64,000 bases of DNA, taken from assembly GCA_963842525.1 (NCBI GenBank), contig CAWJGT010000019.1, forward strand, positions 1 through 64,000. The letters run 5' to 3'. A program made the translations under genes and the position numbers. Below are positions 10,562 through 20,062 of the stretch, piece by piece. Within the stretch, counting starts at the first letter, position 1; the number at the start of each line of letters is the position of its first letter. This DNA is from an uncultured Holophagales bacterium (lineage in GTDB: Bacteria; Acidobacteriota; Thermoanaerobaculia; Multivoradales; UBA5704). Under the pieces are notes generated by a model, which was not told the origin of the DNA, ran no database searches, and was given only the letters and a program-made list of their open reading frames with translations.

Positions 10562-10645
10562 ACCTCACCCCCTGCCCCGGGTTCACACCCGGGGCTACCG
10601 CCATTCGGTAGCCCAGGGTGTGAACCCGGGGCGAGGGGCGAGGTC
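10561..10645. repeat. REP-like long inverted repeat between convergent genes
   Basis: ccccgggttcacacccggggctaccg pairs with cggtagcccagggtgtgaacccgggg. Related copy at 51370-51454. Confidence 0.8.
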
Positions 10646-12774
10646 AAAACCTCAGCAGCGCCCGCGCCTCCGCCACCACCTTCTCCCGGCTCGGCTGCAA
10701 CGCGTTCTCGAGCACCCTTGCGTAGGGCACCGGCCGGTCGGGGAAGGTGACGCGGCGGACCGGGGCGTCGAGCCAGGGGAAGGCGGCGTCGGCGAGGCGG
10801 GCGGCGATCTCGGCCCCGAAGCCCAGGGTCAACGGCGCCTCGTGGACCACCAGGGCGCGGCCCGTCTTCTTCACCGAGGCGAGGACGGTCTCCTCGTCGT
10901 ATGGGACCAGCGTCCGCAGGTCGACCACTTCGGCCTCGATCCCCTCGCCGGCCAGCGTCTCGGCCGCCTCCAGGCAGGTCCAGGTCGTGGCGCCATAACC
11001 GATCAGCGTGAGCTGCCGGCCCGGCCGCATCACCCGCGCCTCGCCCAGCACTCCGGCTTCGTCTCCTGCCGGCAGCGCCTCCTTGATCCGCCGGTAGAGG
11101 AACTTGTGCTCGAAGAACATCACCGGGTTCGGATCGCGGATCGCGGCCTTGAGCAGAGCGCGGGCGTCCACCGCCGTGGCCGGGCAGACCACCTTGATCC
11201 CGGCGTGCTGCGCGAACCACCCCTCGGGGTTCTGCGAATGGAAAGGACCCGCTCCGACGCCGCCGCCCGAAGGGAGGCGGATGACGATCGGGCAGGGGAC
11301 CTGCCAGCGGTAATAGAGCTTGGCGGCCACGTTGATGAGCTGGTTGAAGCCGCAGGAGACGAAGTCGGCGAACTGCATCTCGACCACCGGCCGGTAGCCG
11401 AGGATCGCCGCGCCGATGGCGATGCCGATCGTGCCGCTCTCGGCGATCGGCGTGTCGAGGACCCGGTGAGGCCAGCGGCCGTGGAGGCCCCTGGTGGTGC
11501 GGAAGGGACCTTCGAAGGCGCCGATGTCCTGCCCGAACAGGACCACCGACTCGTCGCGCTCCATCTCCTCGCGCAGCGCCTGATTGATGGCGTCCACGTA
11601 GGTGGTTTTGATCCCGTCCCCCCTCTCCCCGGCCCTCTCCCCGTACCGGGTGGAGAGGCAGGTCCTCCCTCTCGACCGTGGGGGCGACCGGGGCGAAGGC
11701 CGGCCGGAAAGCGACCGACGGATCGGGGGGCGGCGCCTCGATGGCGCTCGTGATGGCCTTCTCGACCAGCTCGGCGATCCGCGCGTCCAGGCGCTCCCGC
11801 GTGGCGGCGTCGAGCACGCCCTCCTCTTCCAGGCGGCGCGCATAGGCCGGCACCGGGTCGGCGGCCAGGTAGCCGGCGAGCTCGTCGGGCGGGACGACCT
11901 TCAGAGAATCATCCCCCTCGCTGTGGCCGCGCATGCGGCCGAGCATCGCCTCGATCAGGGTGGGGCCTTCGCCGGCGCGGGCCCGCGCCACGGCGCGTGT
12001 AAGCGCTTCGGCCATGGCGTCGGGGTCGTTGCCGTCCACCGTCTCGCCGGCCATGCCGTAGCCCAGGGCGCGGTCGCTCAGGCGCTCGGCCGCGTACTGG
12101 AGGCGGGCGGGCGTCGAAAAGGCATAGCGGTTGTTCTCGATGACCAGGACGAAGGGGAGCTTCCAGACCGCGGCCATGTTGAGGCCCTCGTGGAAGTCGC
12201 CCGTCGAGGTGGCGCCGTCGCCGATGAAGTTGATGGCGACGCGGTCGCTCCCGTCCTGCTTGAAGGCGAACGCGCAGCCGGCCGCCACCGGGATCATGGT
12301 GCCGAGATGGCTGATCATGCCGACGTGCAGGATGCCGTGCCCGGGCGCGAGGTAGCCGTAGTGGAAGGAGCGCTCGACGCCCTGGGAGAAGCCTTCGCCC
12401 TTGCCCAGGAGCTGGCAGGCGAGGCGGTAGAGGATCGCCTCCGGCTCCGGGCGGCGCGCTTTGTGCGGGTCATCAGGCTCGAAACCGAAGCCGGGGAAGG
12501 CACGCGCCGGGTCCAGGTAGACCGCGAGGATGGCCCCGAGGTCGCGGTGGAGGGTGCAGAGCGCGTCGCCCGGTCCGAGCGCCAGCCCGGCCGGGATCGT
12601 GGTGGCCTCGTTGCCGACTTCGCTGTACCACTTGGAGACGCGTCCGGTCAGCAGCAGGGCCTCGAAGCGGGAATCGAAGTCCCGCGTCAGCTTCATGAAA
12701 GCGTAGCGCAGCAGCCGCTTGGATGGCTTCGGGGGAGCGGCTACGGCGTCGGTGTCGGGTGCGAGGATGGCCAT
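10644..12774 (-). CDS. 2-oxoacid (probably branched-chain) dehydrogenase E1, fused alpha+beta subunits; one indel in the linker near 11615
   Basis: Alpha TPP motif GDGATSTGDFHEGLN...ENN and GHS. Beta motifs DTPIAE, VEMQFADF and GPFHSQ. No stop after alpha and no start before beta KTTYVDAIN. Confidence 0.88.
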
Positions 12775-12790
12775 CGGGCGGGAGGATATC

Positions 12791-14807
12791 TCACCGCGCC
12801 AGGGCCCGGACCTGCTTTTCGAGGCGCTTGCGGTGGCGGTTCTCGGGGTCCATCTGGAGGAGGATCTTGAGCGCCAGCTCGGCCTTGGCGGCGTCTCCCT
12901 GCTCGACGAAGGTCTCGACCTGGCGGACGCCCTGCTCGACCGCCTGCTCGCGGCGGTGCCCGGCCTCCAACTGCTCGACCTCGGCGAACATCTGCGCCGC
13001 CCGCGGGCTCGACGGCAGGGCGCGCCCCAGCTCCACGGCCACCTCGCGGGCGGCAAACCAGTCGCGGTCGCCCAGGTGCTTGCGGTAGAGCCACTCCGAG
13101 CGGGAGGCCTGCTCCTTCTCCTCGCTGGCCCGGCGCGCCTCGTCGATCCGCTCGCGGTAGGAGTCGAGCGTCACCCGCGGCACGTCGAGCTTGGCGAGGG
13201 CTTCCAGCTCCAGCGAGGCGTCGCGGACCCGGAGCTCGGCCAGGGCGGCCTCCAGACGGCGCCGGATCTCGTCGGCCGTGGCCAGCTCGCGCGCGTCGCG
13301 CTCGGCGGCCTCCAACTGGCCGTGGAACGTTTCGGCGCGCTTGCCCGTGGGATCGTTGCGGGCGATGACCTCCAGCTCGCGGTGCGCGGCCTTGAAGTCC
13401 TTGCGGGCGAGCGCCTCCCGGCCGGCGGCGAGGGCGGTCTCCGCCCGCTTCTCCTGCTCCAGCTCCTTGCCGAGAAGGTCGATCCAGGCCTCGTAATCGG
13501 CCCGCTTGGGGTGGGCCGGGCTCAGCTCGATCAGGCTCTCGAGCGCGAGGCGCGCGAGCGGGAGCTGCTTGCGCTGGAGGTACTGGTTGAGCACCTGCTC
13601 GGTCTCGGCGACGCGGCCCGGCACGGCGCTCGCCTCGCGCAGCTCGTGCAGGCGCTGGCGGGCGCGGTCGAGCCCCGGGGCGCGCGGCTGGGTGGCTTCG
13701 AGCTGCGCGATCAGGCGCTCCGCCTCCGCGAGGTTGCCGGCTCCCAGCGCGGCCTCCACCCGGGCCATCTCGGCGGCGCCCTCCTGCACCCGGCGGGCGG
13801 CGCGGTCGATCTGCGCCAGCAGCTCGTCGCGCTCGACCCGGGAGAAGCTCGCTCGAGCTCCTCTGCCGCGGCGCCGCCGGCGGTCGGGCCTCGGGCGGGA
13901 AGCTCCAGATCGGGATCTCCCGGGTCTCGGCGGCGGTCATGCCCTGGAGCACCCGCTCCAGGGAGTCGGCGAAGGCCGAAGCCGCCGGATAGCGCCGGTC
14001 CCGGTCGCGCTCCAGGGCGCGCCGGACCACCCGGTCCAGCTCGGCGGGCACGTCGACCAGCGGGTTGCGGCCGGCGAGCGGCAGCGGGTCCTCGGAGAGC
14101 CGCTTGAAGATGAAGCCGGCCTGGTTCTCGGACTCGAAGGGAGGCAGGCCGGTGACCATCTCGTAGAGCACCAGGCCGAAGGAGTAGATGTCGCTGCGCG
14201 CGTCGAGCGGCTGGTTGCCGCTCGCGCCGGCCTGCTCGGGCGAGCAGTACTGGAGCTTGCCCATGAACATGCCGACCTGGGTGATCTCGACGCTGGCGTC
14301 GGCCTCCAGCGTCCGGGCAAGGCCGAGGTCGATGATCTTGAGCGTCGGCTGCCCGCGCCGGTTCTCCATGATCATGAGGTTGTCCGGGGACAGGTCGCGG
14401 TGGATGATGCCGCTGGCGTGGATCGCCTCCAGCCCGCGCAACGCCTGGACCCCGAGCTGGATGGCCAGCGGGATCGGAAAGGGGCCGAGGCGGCGCAGGC
14501 GGTCGCCCGCATCCTCGCCCTGGATGTGCTCCCAGACCATATAGAAGCTGCCGTCGGCCAGCCGCGAGAAGTCGTAGAGGATGGCGACGTTGGGGTGCTT
14601 GATCTGGGTGGCGAGGCGGGCCTCGCGCATGAACCGCTTCTGGGCCGACGGGTCGGTGGCCAGGTCCTGGCGCAGGATCTTGACCACCCGCAGCTCCTGG
14701 AGGTGGAGGTGGCGGACCAGGTAGACCTCTCCCATCCCGCCGCTCCCCAGGCGCTGCACGATCTCGTATTTGCCGTCGAGGACGGACCCGGTCTCCCGCG
14801 CGTTCAG
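12791..14807 (-). CDS. Hanks-type Ser/Thr protein kinase with helical/TPR-like C-terminal region (indel near 13845)
   Basis: LGSGGMGEVY, HRDLSPDN, IDLGLA, YCSPEQ and SDIYSFG. The helical tail continues in ORF 12791..13789. Exact start uncertain. Confidence 0.88.
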
Positions 14808-14897
14808 GCGACACCTCCGAACGGAAGAGCCTATTGTACCTGGGACCTCACCCCCTGTCCCCTCTCCGGTCGACCGCGCGTGCTATTCTCGATCAAC

Positions 14898-15905
14898 ATG
14901 AAACGCATGCGGCACCAGGGCCTGGGGAGGCAGCTCGAGGCGGACCGGCGGGTCTCCGGGCTGACCAAGGGCCTCCTGGTCGCCGGAGCGGTCGTCGGCG
15001 TGCCGTTGCTGGTGAGCGAGGTGATCCGCCGGCGCGCCGAGCCGCCGCAGTCGCCGCGCTGGGGGCGGACCCACCGCTTTGCGGGCGTGCTCGGCGAGAT
15101 CGTCTTCCAGGAGCTGGGGGCCGGCTCGCCCCCTCTCGTGCTGCTCCACTCCTTCGGGCCGGGGTACGACGGCGACCAATGGCGCCGGGCCTCGGAGCTG
15201 CTCGCCGAGCGCCACACGGTCTACGTGCCGGACCTGCCGGGCTGGGGCCGCTCCGAGGCGCCGCGGGGCGGCTATGTGCCGGAGAGCTATGTCGACGCGA
15301 TCGACGGTTTCCTGCGCCGCGTGGTGCGCGACCGGGCCGTGGTGGTGGCCGCCGGGATGGCCGCCGCCTACGCCGTGCGGATCGCGGCGGCGCATCCGGA
15401 GCGGGTGGGAGCGCTCGTGCTGGCGACCCCCCTGGGCATTGAGGCCGACGCGGCCGTCTTCGACAACGCCCGGACCACCTTCTTCCGCCAGCTCCTCCAT
15501 CTCCCCATCCTGCGCACCACCGCCCTCGACTGGCTGACCAGCCGGCCGGCCCTGGCCCAGCACCTGCGCAAAGAGGTCTACGCGGCCCCGGAGCGGGTCG
15601 ACGCCGCGTTGCTCGACCACCACTACCGGGCGAGCCACCAGCCGCGTGCCCGCGCCGCGCTGGCCGCCTGGCTGGGGGGCGACCTCTGGATGGCCGTGGA
15701 GGACGACCTCGAGCGGCTCGAGGTGCCCCTGCTGCTCACCTGGGGCCGCGCCGCCAAGTCCGCCCCGCCGGAGAACGCCGACCTGTGGCTCCGCGGCGCG
15801 CCGCACGCCCACATCGAGGTCTTCGAAGGCAGCGGCGAGCTCCCCCACGTCGAGAGCCCGACCGCCTTCAGCCGGGCGGTCGAGCGATTTCTCGGCGGCG
15901 GATAG
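14898..15905 (+). CDS. Alpha/beta-fold hydrolase with N-terminal hydrophobic segment
   Basis: LVLLHSFG, PDLPGWGRS, PLLLTWG and ELPHVESP. The nucleophile elbow is atypical (AAGMAA). Confidence 0.85.
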   Translation: MKRMRHQGLGRQLEADRRVSGLTKGLLVAGAVVGVPLLVSEVIRRRAEPPQSPRWGRTHRFAGVLGEIVFQELGAGSPPLVLLHSFGPGYDGDQWRRASELLAERHTVYVPDLPGWGRSEAPRGGYVPESYVDAIDGFLRRVVRDRAVVVAAGMAAAYAVRIAAAHPERVGALVLATPLGIEADAAVFDNARTTFFRQLLHLPILRTTALDWLTSRPALAQHLRKEVYAAPERVDAALLDHHYRASHQPRARAALAAWLGGDLWMAVEDDLERLEVPLLLTWGRAAKSAPPENADLWLRGAPHAHIEVFEGSGELPHVESPTAFSRAVERFLGGG

Positions 15906-15929
15906 GACCTCGAGGACCGGCAGGCGCGG

Positions 15930-17381
15930 TCAACCGACCTTGCGGTTCTCGCCCGCGCGTTCGAGGGCGGGCCGGGCGGGGACCGCCCGCGCGGCCGGGC
16001 GTTGCTCTGCTTCCGCACGCTGGCGCACGGCGCGGCGCCGCGCCCGGCCATTGCGCAGATAGACCCAGAGCGTGACCACCCCCACGACCAGGTCGAGCCC
16101 CAGCCAACGGGCGGTGCGCTCCTGCCGGCGATGGCGCTCCACGCACTCCGCGTAGGGAATGTTGGAGTGCGAGACCATCGTGTAGAGGGGGATCGAATGC
16201 TGCCGGAACAGACGGTTGAGGAAGATCGACGTGCTCTTGCGCGCCGCCACGATGGGCCGCCGCACGGTATCGCGCAGCTCGCTGAAATTCTGGATCGAGA
16301 GGTCGGCGAGCACGTCCGTGTTGTGCTTGCGCAGCCGCTGGTACTCGACGAACGCGGCCTCCCAGTCCTCGCCATGGCGCTCCAGGCACTTGTCGAGCAC
16401 CGAGCAGTCCTCGAAGGCGGCGTTCATCCCCTGGCCATAGAACGGGACCACTGTGTGGACGGCGTCGCCGATCAACACGACCCTGCCCTTGTGGTGCCAG
16501 CGCGAGGTGCGGATGGTCAGGAAATCGGAGATCGGGCGCGTCTCGTACTCCTCCACGATGTTGGGCATGCACTCCAGGGCGTCGCCGAAATGAGCCTTGA
16601 ACAGGCCGACCACGTCCTCGCCCGTGCGGATCGAGCCGAAGCTGTGCTCGCCGTCGAGCGGCAGGCAGCAGACACCGTTGAAGGAGCCGTCCGTGTTGGG
16701 CAGGGCGAACAGCATGTGGTCGCCGCACGGCCAGATGTGCAGGGCGTTGACGTCCATCTGCGGCCGGCCGTCGCCGCCGCCGAGGATGGTCAGCTCCTTG
16801 TAGGCCCAGGGGAGGAAGTCCTGCCGGTAGTCCGCCCGCTCGCCGCGCTGCATCTGCTGGCGGATGGTGGAGAAGGCCCCGTCGGCCCCGATCAGGAAGT
16901 CCGCCTCGGCGCGGTGGATCTCGCCGGTCTTGTCGTCCTGGAGGACGGCGGAGGCGGTCTCCCTGTCGACATGGGTGCACTTCTTGTGGAAGTGGATGCG
17001 GATGTTCGGATGTTCCTCGGCGCGGTCGAGCAGGAGGCTGTTGAGATCGGTCCGCGAGAAGCACCAGATGACCTCGCGGTCGTCCTTGCCGTAGGCGATG
17101 AAGGCGACGTCCCCCTTGCCGGAGTGGACCGCGCGCCCGCGCAACGGGACGCAGCACTTCTCCTTCACCTCGTCTTCGAGACCGAGCTCCCGCAAGGCGT
17201 GCAGACCGCGCTCGGCGAGCGTCAGCTTGATCGACTTGCCCGCCTCGACCCATTCGCGGCGCATGTCGCCGCGGCGCTCGTAGATATCGACCTGGAACCC
17301 GCGCCGGGCCAGGTACATGGCCATGAGAGGACCGCTCAGGCCCCCGCCGATGATGGTCACTCTGGTCGTGGAACCTGACAT
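15930..17381 (-). CDS. kmo: Kynurenine 3-monooxygenase-like FAD-dependent monooxygenase
   Basis: IIGGGLSG, GKSIKLTLAERG, GADGAFS, YKELTI, ALHIWP and GDAVHTVVPFYGQGMNAAFED. Confidence 0.85.
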   Translation of the reverse strand: MSGSTTRVTIIGGGLSGPLMAMYLARRGFQVDIYERRGDMRREWVEAGKSIKLTLAERGLHALRELGLEDEVKEKCCVPLRGRAVHSGKGDVAFIAYGKDDREVIWCFSRTDLNSLLLDRAEEHPNIRIHFHKKCTHVDRETASAVLQDDKTGEIHRAEADFLIGADGAFSTIRQQMQRGERADYRQDFLPWAYKELTILGGGDGRPQMDVNALHIWPCGDHMLFALPNTDGSFNGVCCLPLDGEHSFGSIRTGEDVVGLFKAHFGDALECMPNIVEEYETRPISDFLTIRTSRWHHKGRVVLIGDAVHTVVPFYGQGMNAAFEDCSVLDKCLERHGEDWEAAFVEYQRLRKHNTDVLADLSIQNFSELRDTVRRPIVAARKSTSIFLNRLFRQHSIPLYTMVSHSNIPYAECVERHRRQERTARWLGLDLVVGVVTLWVYLRNGRARRRAVRQRAEAEQRPAARAVPARPALERAGENRKVG

Positions 17382-17530
17382 AGGGTTGCTGACTCCGAAA
17401 CGTCTTCGATCCTGCCGGAACGGCTTGGCCGGCGCACGAACCGTCAATCTAAAGGTAGACCGGAGGCCGGAAACCGGGACAATCGCGGGGCCGGACCACG
17501 CCGCGCGGTAAGATCCGCAACGGAGACGGA

Positions 17531-17713
17531 ATGTCACTGCCGACGATCTTGTTCGCCTTGTTTGCGCTCTTCAGCGGTGTAGGCGCCTATCTGACCCTCG
17601 CCCACAACCGCGGCCGGGCGGCCGGAATCCTGGGTGCACTGCTGGTCTTCCTCTTCTTCGCCGTCCTCTACACAGGAGTGATGGCCTTGATCCGGGACGC
17701 CGGCGGAACCTGA
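17531..17713 (+). CDS. Small two-TM membrane protein
   Basis: 60 aa, two hydrophobic segments, GGAG upstream of the ATG. Confidence 0.65.
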   Translation: MSLPTILFALFALFSGVGAYLTLAHNRGRAAGILGALLVFLFFAVLYTGVMALIRDAGGT

Positions 17714-17747
17714 CCGGCCGGGCCCGGGACTTGCGAGCCATTCTGTC

Positions 17748-18428
17748 ATGGACGAGAAATACGAGCTCGAGAAGCTGATCACCGTGGGGGTCTTCGCCTC
17801 CGCCTGGGAGGCACGCCTCGCCCAGGCGCGCCTCGAGGCCGAAGGCATCGACGCCATGGTCAACGACGAGCACACCGGCCATCTCTACGGCGCCAACCTG
17901 GTGGGCGGGGTCAAGCTGCGGGTCCGCGCGGACGAAGCCGGGCGGGCCGGCGATCTCCTGCGTGAGCGCCGGCCGCTCCCCGAGATCTACCTGGTCACCG
18001 AAGAGGACGCAATCCAGCCCCGCTGTCCGAGCTGCCGGTCGGACAACATCTTCTTCGAGCGCTGGTCTCTCCTCGGCCTGCTGGGCTCCTGGCTCCTGCT
18101 CGGCGTGGCACTGCCGGTCCCCCGTCGCCGCTGGAGCTGCCGCGGCTGCGGTGCGGAGTGGAAAGAGGGGGAGGAGCCGGAGATGGAGACCGCCCTGGTG
18201 ACCGTCGGCCGCTTCCACTCCCCGTGGGAGGCGCATCTGGCGCGCACCCTCCTGGAATCGGAGGGGATCGAAGCCTGCGTCCTGGAAGAGCGCCTCCCCG
18301 CCCTCAACCTGCTGGCCGGCGAGCCGCCGGCCCCGCACCGCCTCGAGGTCCATCCCGACGACGCCGACCGTGCTTTAGAGCTTCTCTCAGCGGTCGAGGA
18401 GCCTGCCGAAGGAGCCGCGTCGGAGTAG
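17748..18428 (+). CDS. Tandem DUF2007 (PII-like) protein with central CxxC-hydrophobic-CxxC module
   Basis: Two copies of LxTVGxFxSxWEAxLAxxxLExEGI, with CPSC and CRGC flanking a hydrophobic stretch. Confidence 0.8.
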   Translation: MDEKYELEKLITVGVFASAWEARLAQARLEAEGIDAMVNDEHTGHLYGANLVGGVKLRVRADEAGRAGDLLRERRPLPEIYLVTEEDAIQPRCPSCRSDNIFFERWSLLGLLGSWLLLGVALPVPRRRWSCRGCGAEWKEGEEPEMETALVTVGRFHSPWEAHLARTLLESEGIEACVLEERLPALNLLAGEPPAPHRLEVHPDDADRALELLSAVEEPAEGAASE

Positions 18429-18902
18429 GGGCGCAGCCTGCTGCGCCTGCGGCTCATCGCCAGGCGGTTCCGCCTCCCGCTCTTCGGCCGCCTTCTCCTT
18501 GGCCCGCTCCAGCACCACCTCTTTCCTCTTCGCCTCCAGCTTCTCGGACTTGACCTCCTGGCGCAGCCGCGCGAAGGCGCTGATGTAGGCGTTGGCCACC
18601 GCGACCAGGGCAAAGAACGAGATGAGGTAGCCCCGCCAGTCATCGAGCAGCAGCCTGTAGCGGGTGAGGAACAGGAAGAAGATCGCCACATAGTGGCTGA
18701 AGCAGTACTCGCAGGTGAAAATATAGAAGAGCTTGCGCACGGCCAGGCTGCGTCCGTTCTTGGAACGCTCGGCACAGTAATCGCGCGGCTCCCGGAAGAG
18801 CTCCTCGTGCGTCACGGTCCACGCCACGCACGCGATCGGGATCGCCAGGACGAAGAGCCAGACGAGCTGAAGAATCCACTGGGTATGGTCAGGGGGTGCC
18901 AT
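18387..18902 (-). CDS. Hypothetical membrane protein (DUF1360-like, FTCEYC motif)
   Basis: Three hydrophobic segments, CxxC, and host-like codon usage. Confidence 0.7.
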   Translation of the reverse strand: MAPPDHTQWILQLVWLFVLAIPIACVAWTVTHEELFREPRDYCAERSKNGRSLAVRKLFYIFTCEYCFSHYVAIFFLFLTRYRLLLDDWRGYLISFFALVAVANAYISAFARLRQEVKSEKLEAKRKEVVLERAKEKAAEEREAEPPGDEPQAQQAAPLLRRGSFGRLLDR

Positions 18903-18916
18903 ACCGGACGCCCTGC

Positions 18917-18932
18917 TGCAAGAATGAGGCCC
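18917..18932 (-). promoter_or_regulatory. Possible sigma54 promoter
   Basis: GGGCCTCATTCTTGCA (GG-N10-GC) just upstream of ATG 18902. Confidence 0.35.
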
Positions 18933-19625
18933 TTATGCCTCCGCCAGCGTCCGCGGTGTGAGCGGCTCCTCTTCCCGCCAGACCGGTGGACCCTCGGTGT
19001 AGTGCTCCCTCTTCCAGATGGGGATCTCGGTCTTGAGCCGCTCCAGGGCGGTGCGGCTCGCCTCGTAGGCGGCGGCCCGGTGGGGTGAGGCCACGGCGAT
19101 CGCCACGCTCGGCTCGCCGACCGGCACCTCCCCGAGACGGTGGACGATCGCCGCCCGCAGCCCGGAGCCCGAGGCTTCGAGATCCTCCACGATCCGCCGC
19201 AGCCCCGTCAGGGCCATGGCCCGGTAGGCGCTGTAGGTGAGCTTCTCGACCCGGCGCCCCTGGTGGTTGTCGCGGACCGTCCCCAGGAAGACCAGGACCG
19301 CACCGCGCCCGGGACCGGACACGCTCGCGACCACCTCCTCCACATCGATGGGGCCGTCCACCAAGCCGGCCCGCTCCGGGCTGCCGCCCGAAACGGGAGG
19401 GAGGAGCGCCACCTCGACGCCCTCCCGCAGCGGCTCCTCCAGCGGCACCACCCGGCCGTCGACAGCCACAGCCAGCCGCGGCCAGAGCGGGGCCAGCTTC
19501 GGATACTCGCGGTCGAGCCGCTCCCTCAGGTCGACCACCCGGCTCCCTGCGGGCACCTCGATCTCAAGCTCGCTCGCGCCCAACGCATCTCCAGCGCTGG
19601 CGAAGGCCAGGAGGCGGATCTTCAT
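18933..19625 (-). CDS. moaE: Molybdopterin synthase MoaD-MoaE fusion (MoaX-like)
   Basis: MoaD part ends VALLPPVSGG. MoaE part has FLGTVR, HRLG, SPHR and LKTEIPIWKRE. Confidence 0.93.
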   Translation of the reverse strand: MKIRLLAFASAGDALGASELEIEVPAGSRVVDLRERLDREYPKLAPLWPRLAVAVDGRVVPLEEPLREGVEVALLPPVSGGSPERAGLVDGPIDVEEVVASVSGPGRGAVLVFLGTVRDNHQGRRVEKLTYSAYRAMALTGLRRIVEDLEASGSGLRAAIVHRLGEVPVGEPSVAIAVASPHRAAAYEASRTALERLKTEIPIWKREHYTEGPPVWREEEPLTPRTLAEA

Positions 19626-19700
19626 GGGAGGAATGCTACATCAGGGACAGAGAGGACGGCCGGAGCCGTCCTCTCGGGTGTTGGCGCGTGGTTGGACCGG

Positions 19701-19937
19701 CTAGTAGCGGTCCGTCTTGGTGCCCGCTCCTGCCGGGGTCCGGACGGACTCCAGGAAACGGTCGAAATCGGACTCGGCCCGGGTCTTCTCCCAGCCGTAA
19801 CGCTCCTGCAGAGAGCCGACCAGCTTGTCGCGGTTGCCCTCCGCCTTGTCCAGATCGTCGTCGGTGAGCTTGCCCCAGAACCGCTTGGCATCTCCCTTGA
19901 TCTGCTTCCAGCGTCCCTCGAAGACGTCGTCGTTCAT
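19701..19937 (-). CDS. CsbD family stress protein
   Basis: MNDDVFEGRWKQIKG...WGKLTDDDL...LQERYG; RBS AAAGGAG. Confidence 0.92.
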   Translation of the reverse strand: MNDDVFEGRWKQIKGDAKRFWGKLTDDDLDKAEGNRDKLVGSLQERYGWEKTRAESDFDRFLESVRTPAGAGTKTDRY

Positions 19938-20002
19938 GATGTTCTCCTTTCGTCGAGGTTGCAGCCGGACCGTCAAGGAGCGTCCGGCCGCAGATTCAGA
20001 TT

Positions 20003-20018
20003 TGCAAGAACGTTGCCT
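20003..20018 (-). promoter_or_regulatory. Probable sigma54 promoter of the csbD-like gene
   Basis: AGGCAACGTTCTTGCA (GG-N10-GC). Confidence 0.5.
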
Positions 20019-20062
20019 GTCCTTCTCCCCATATAATCCCGGGCCGCAAGGAAGGGGGATTC

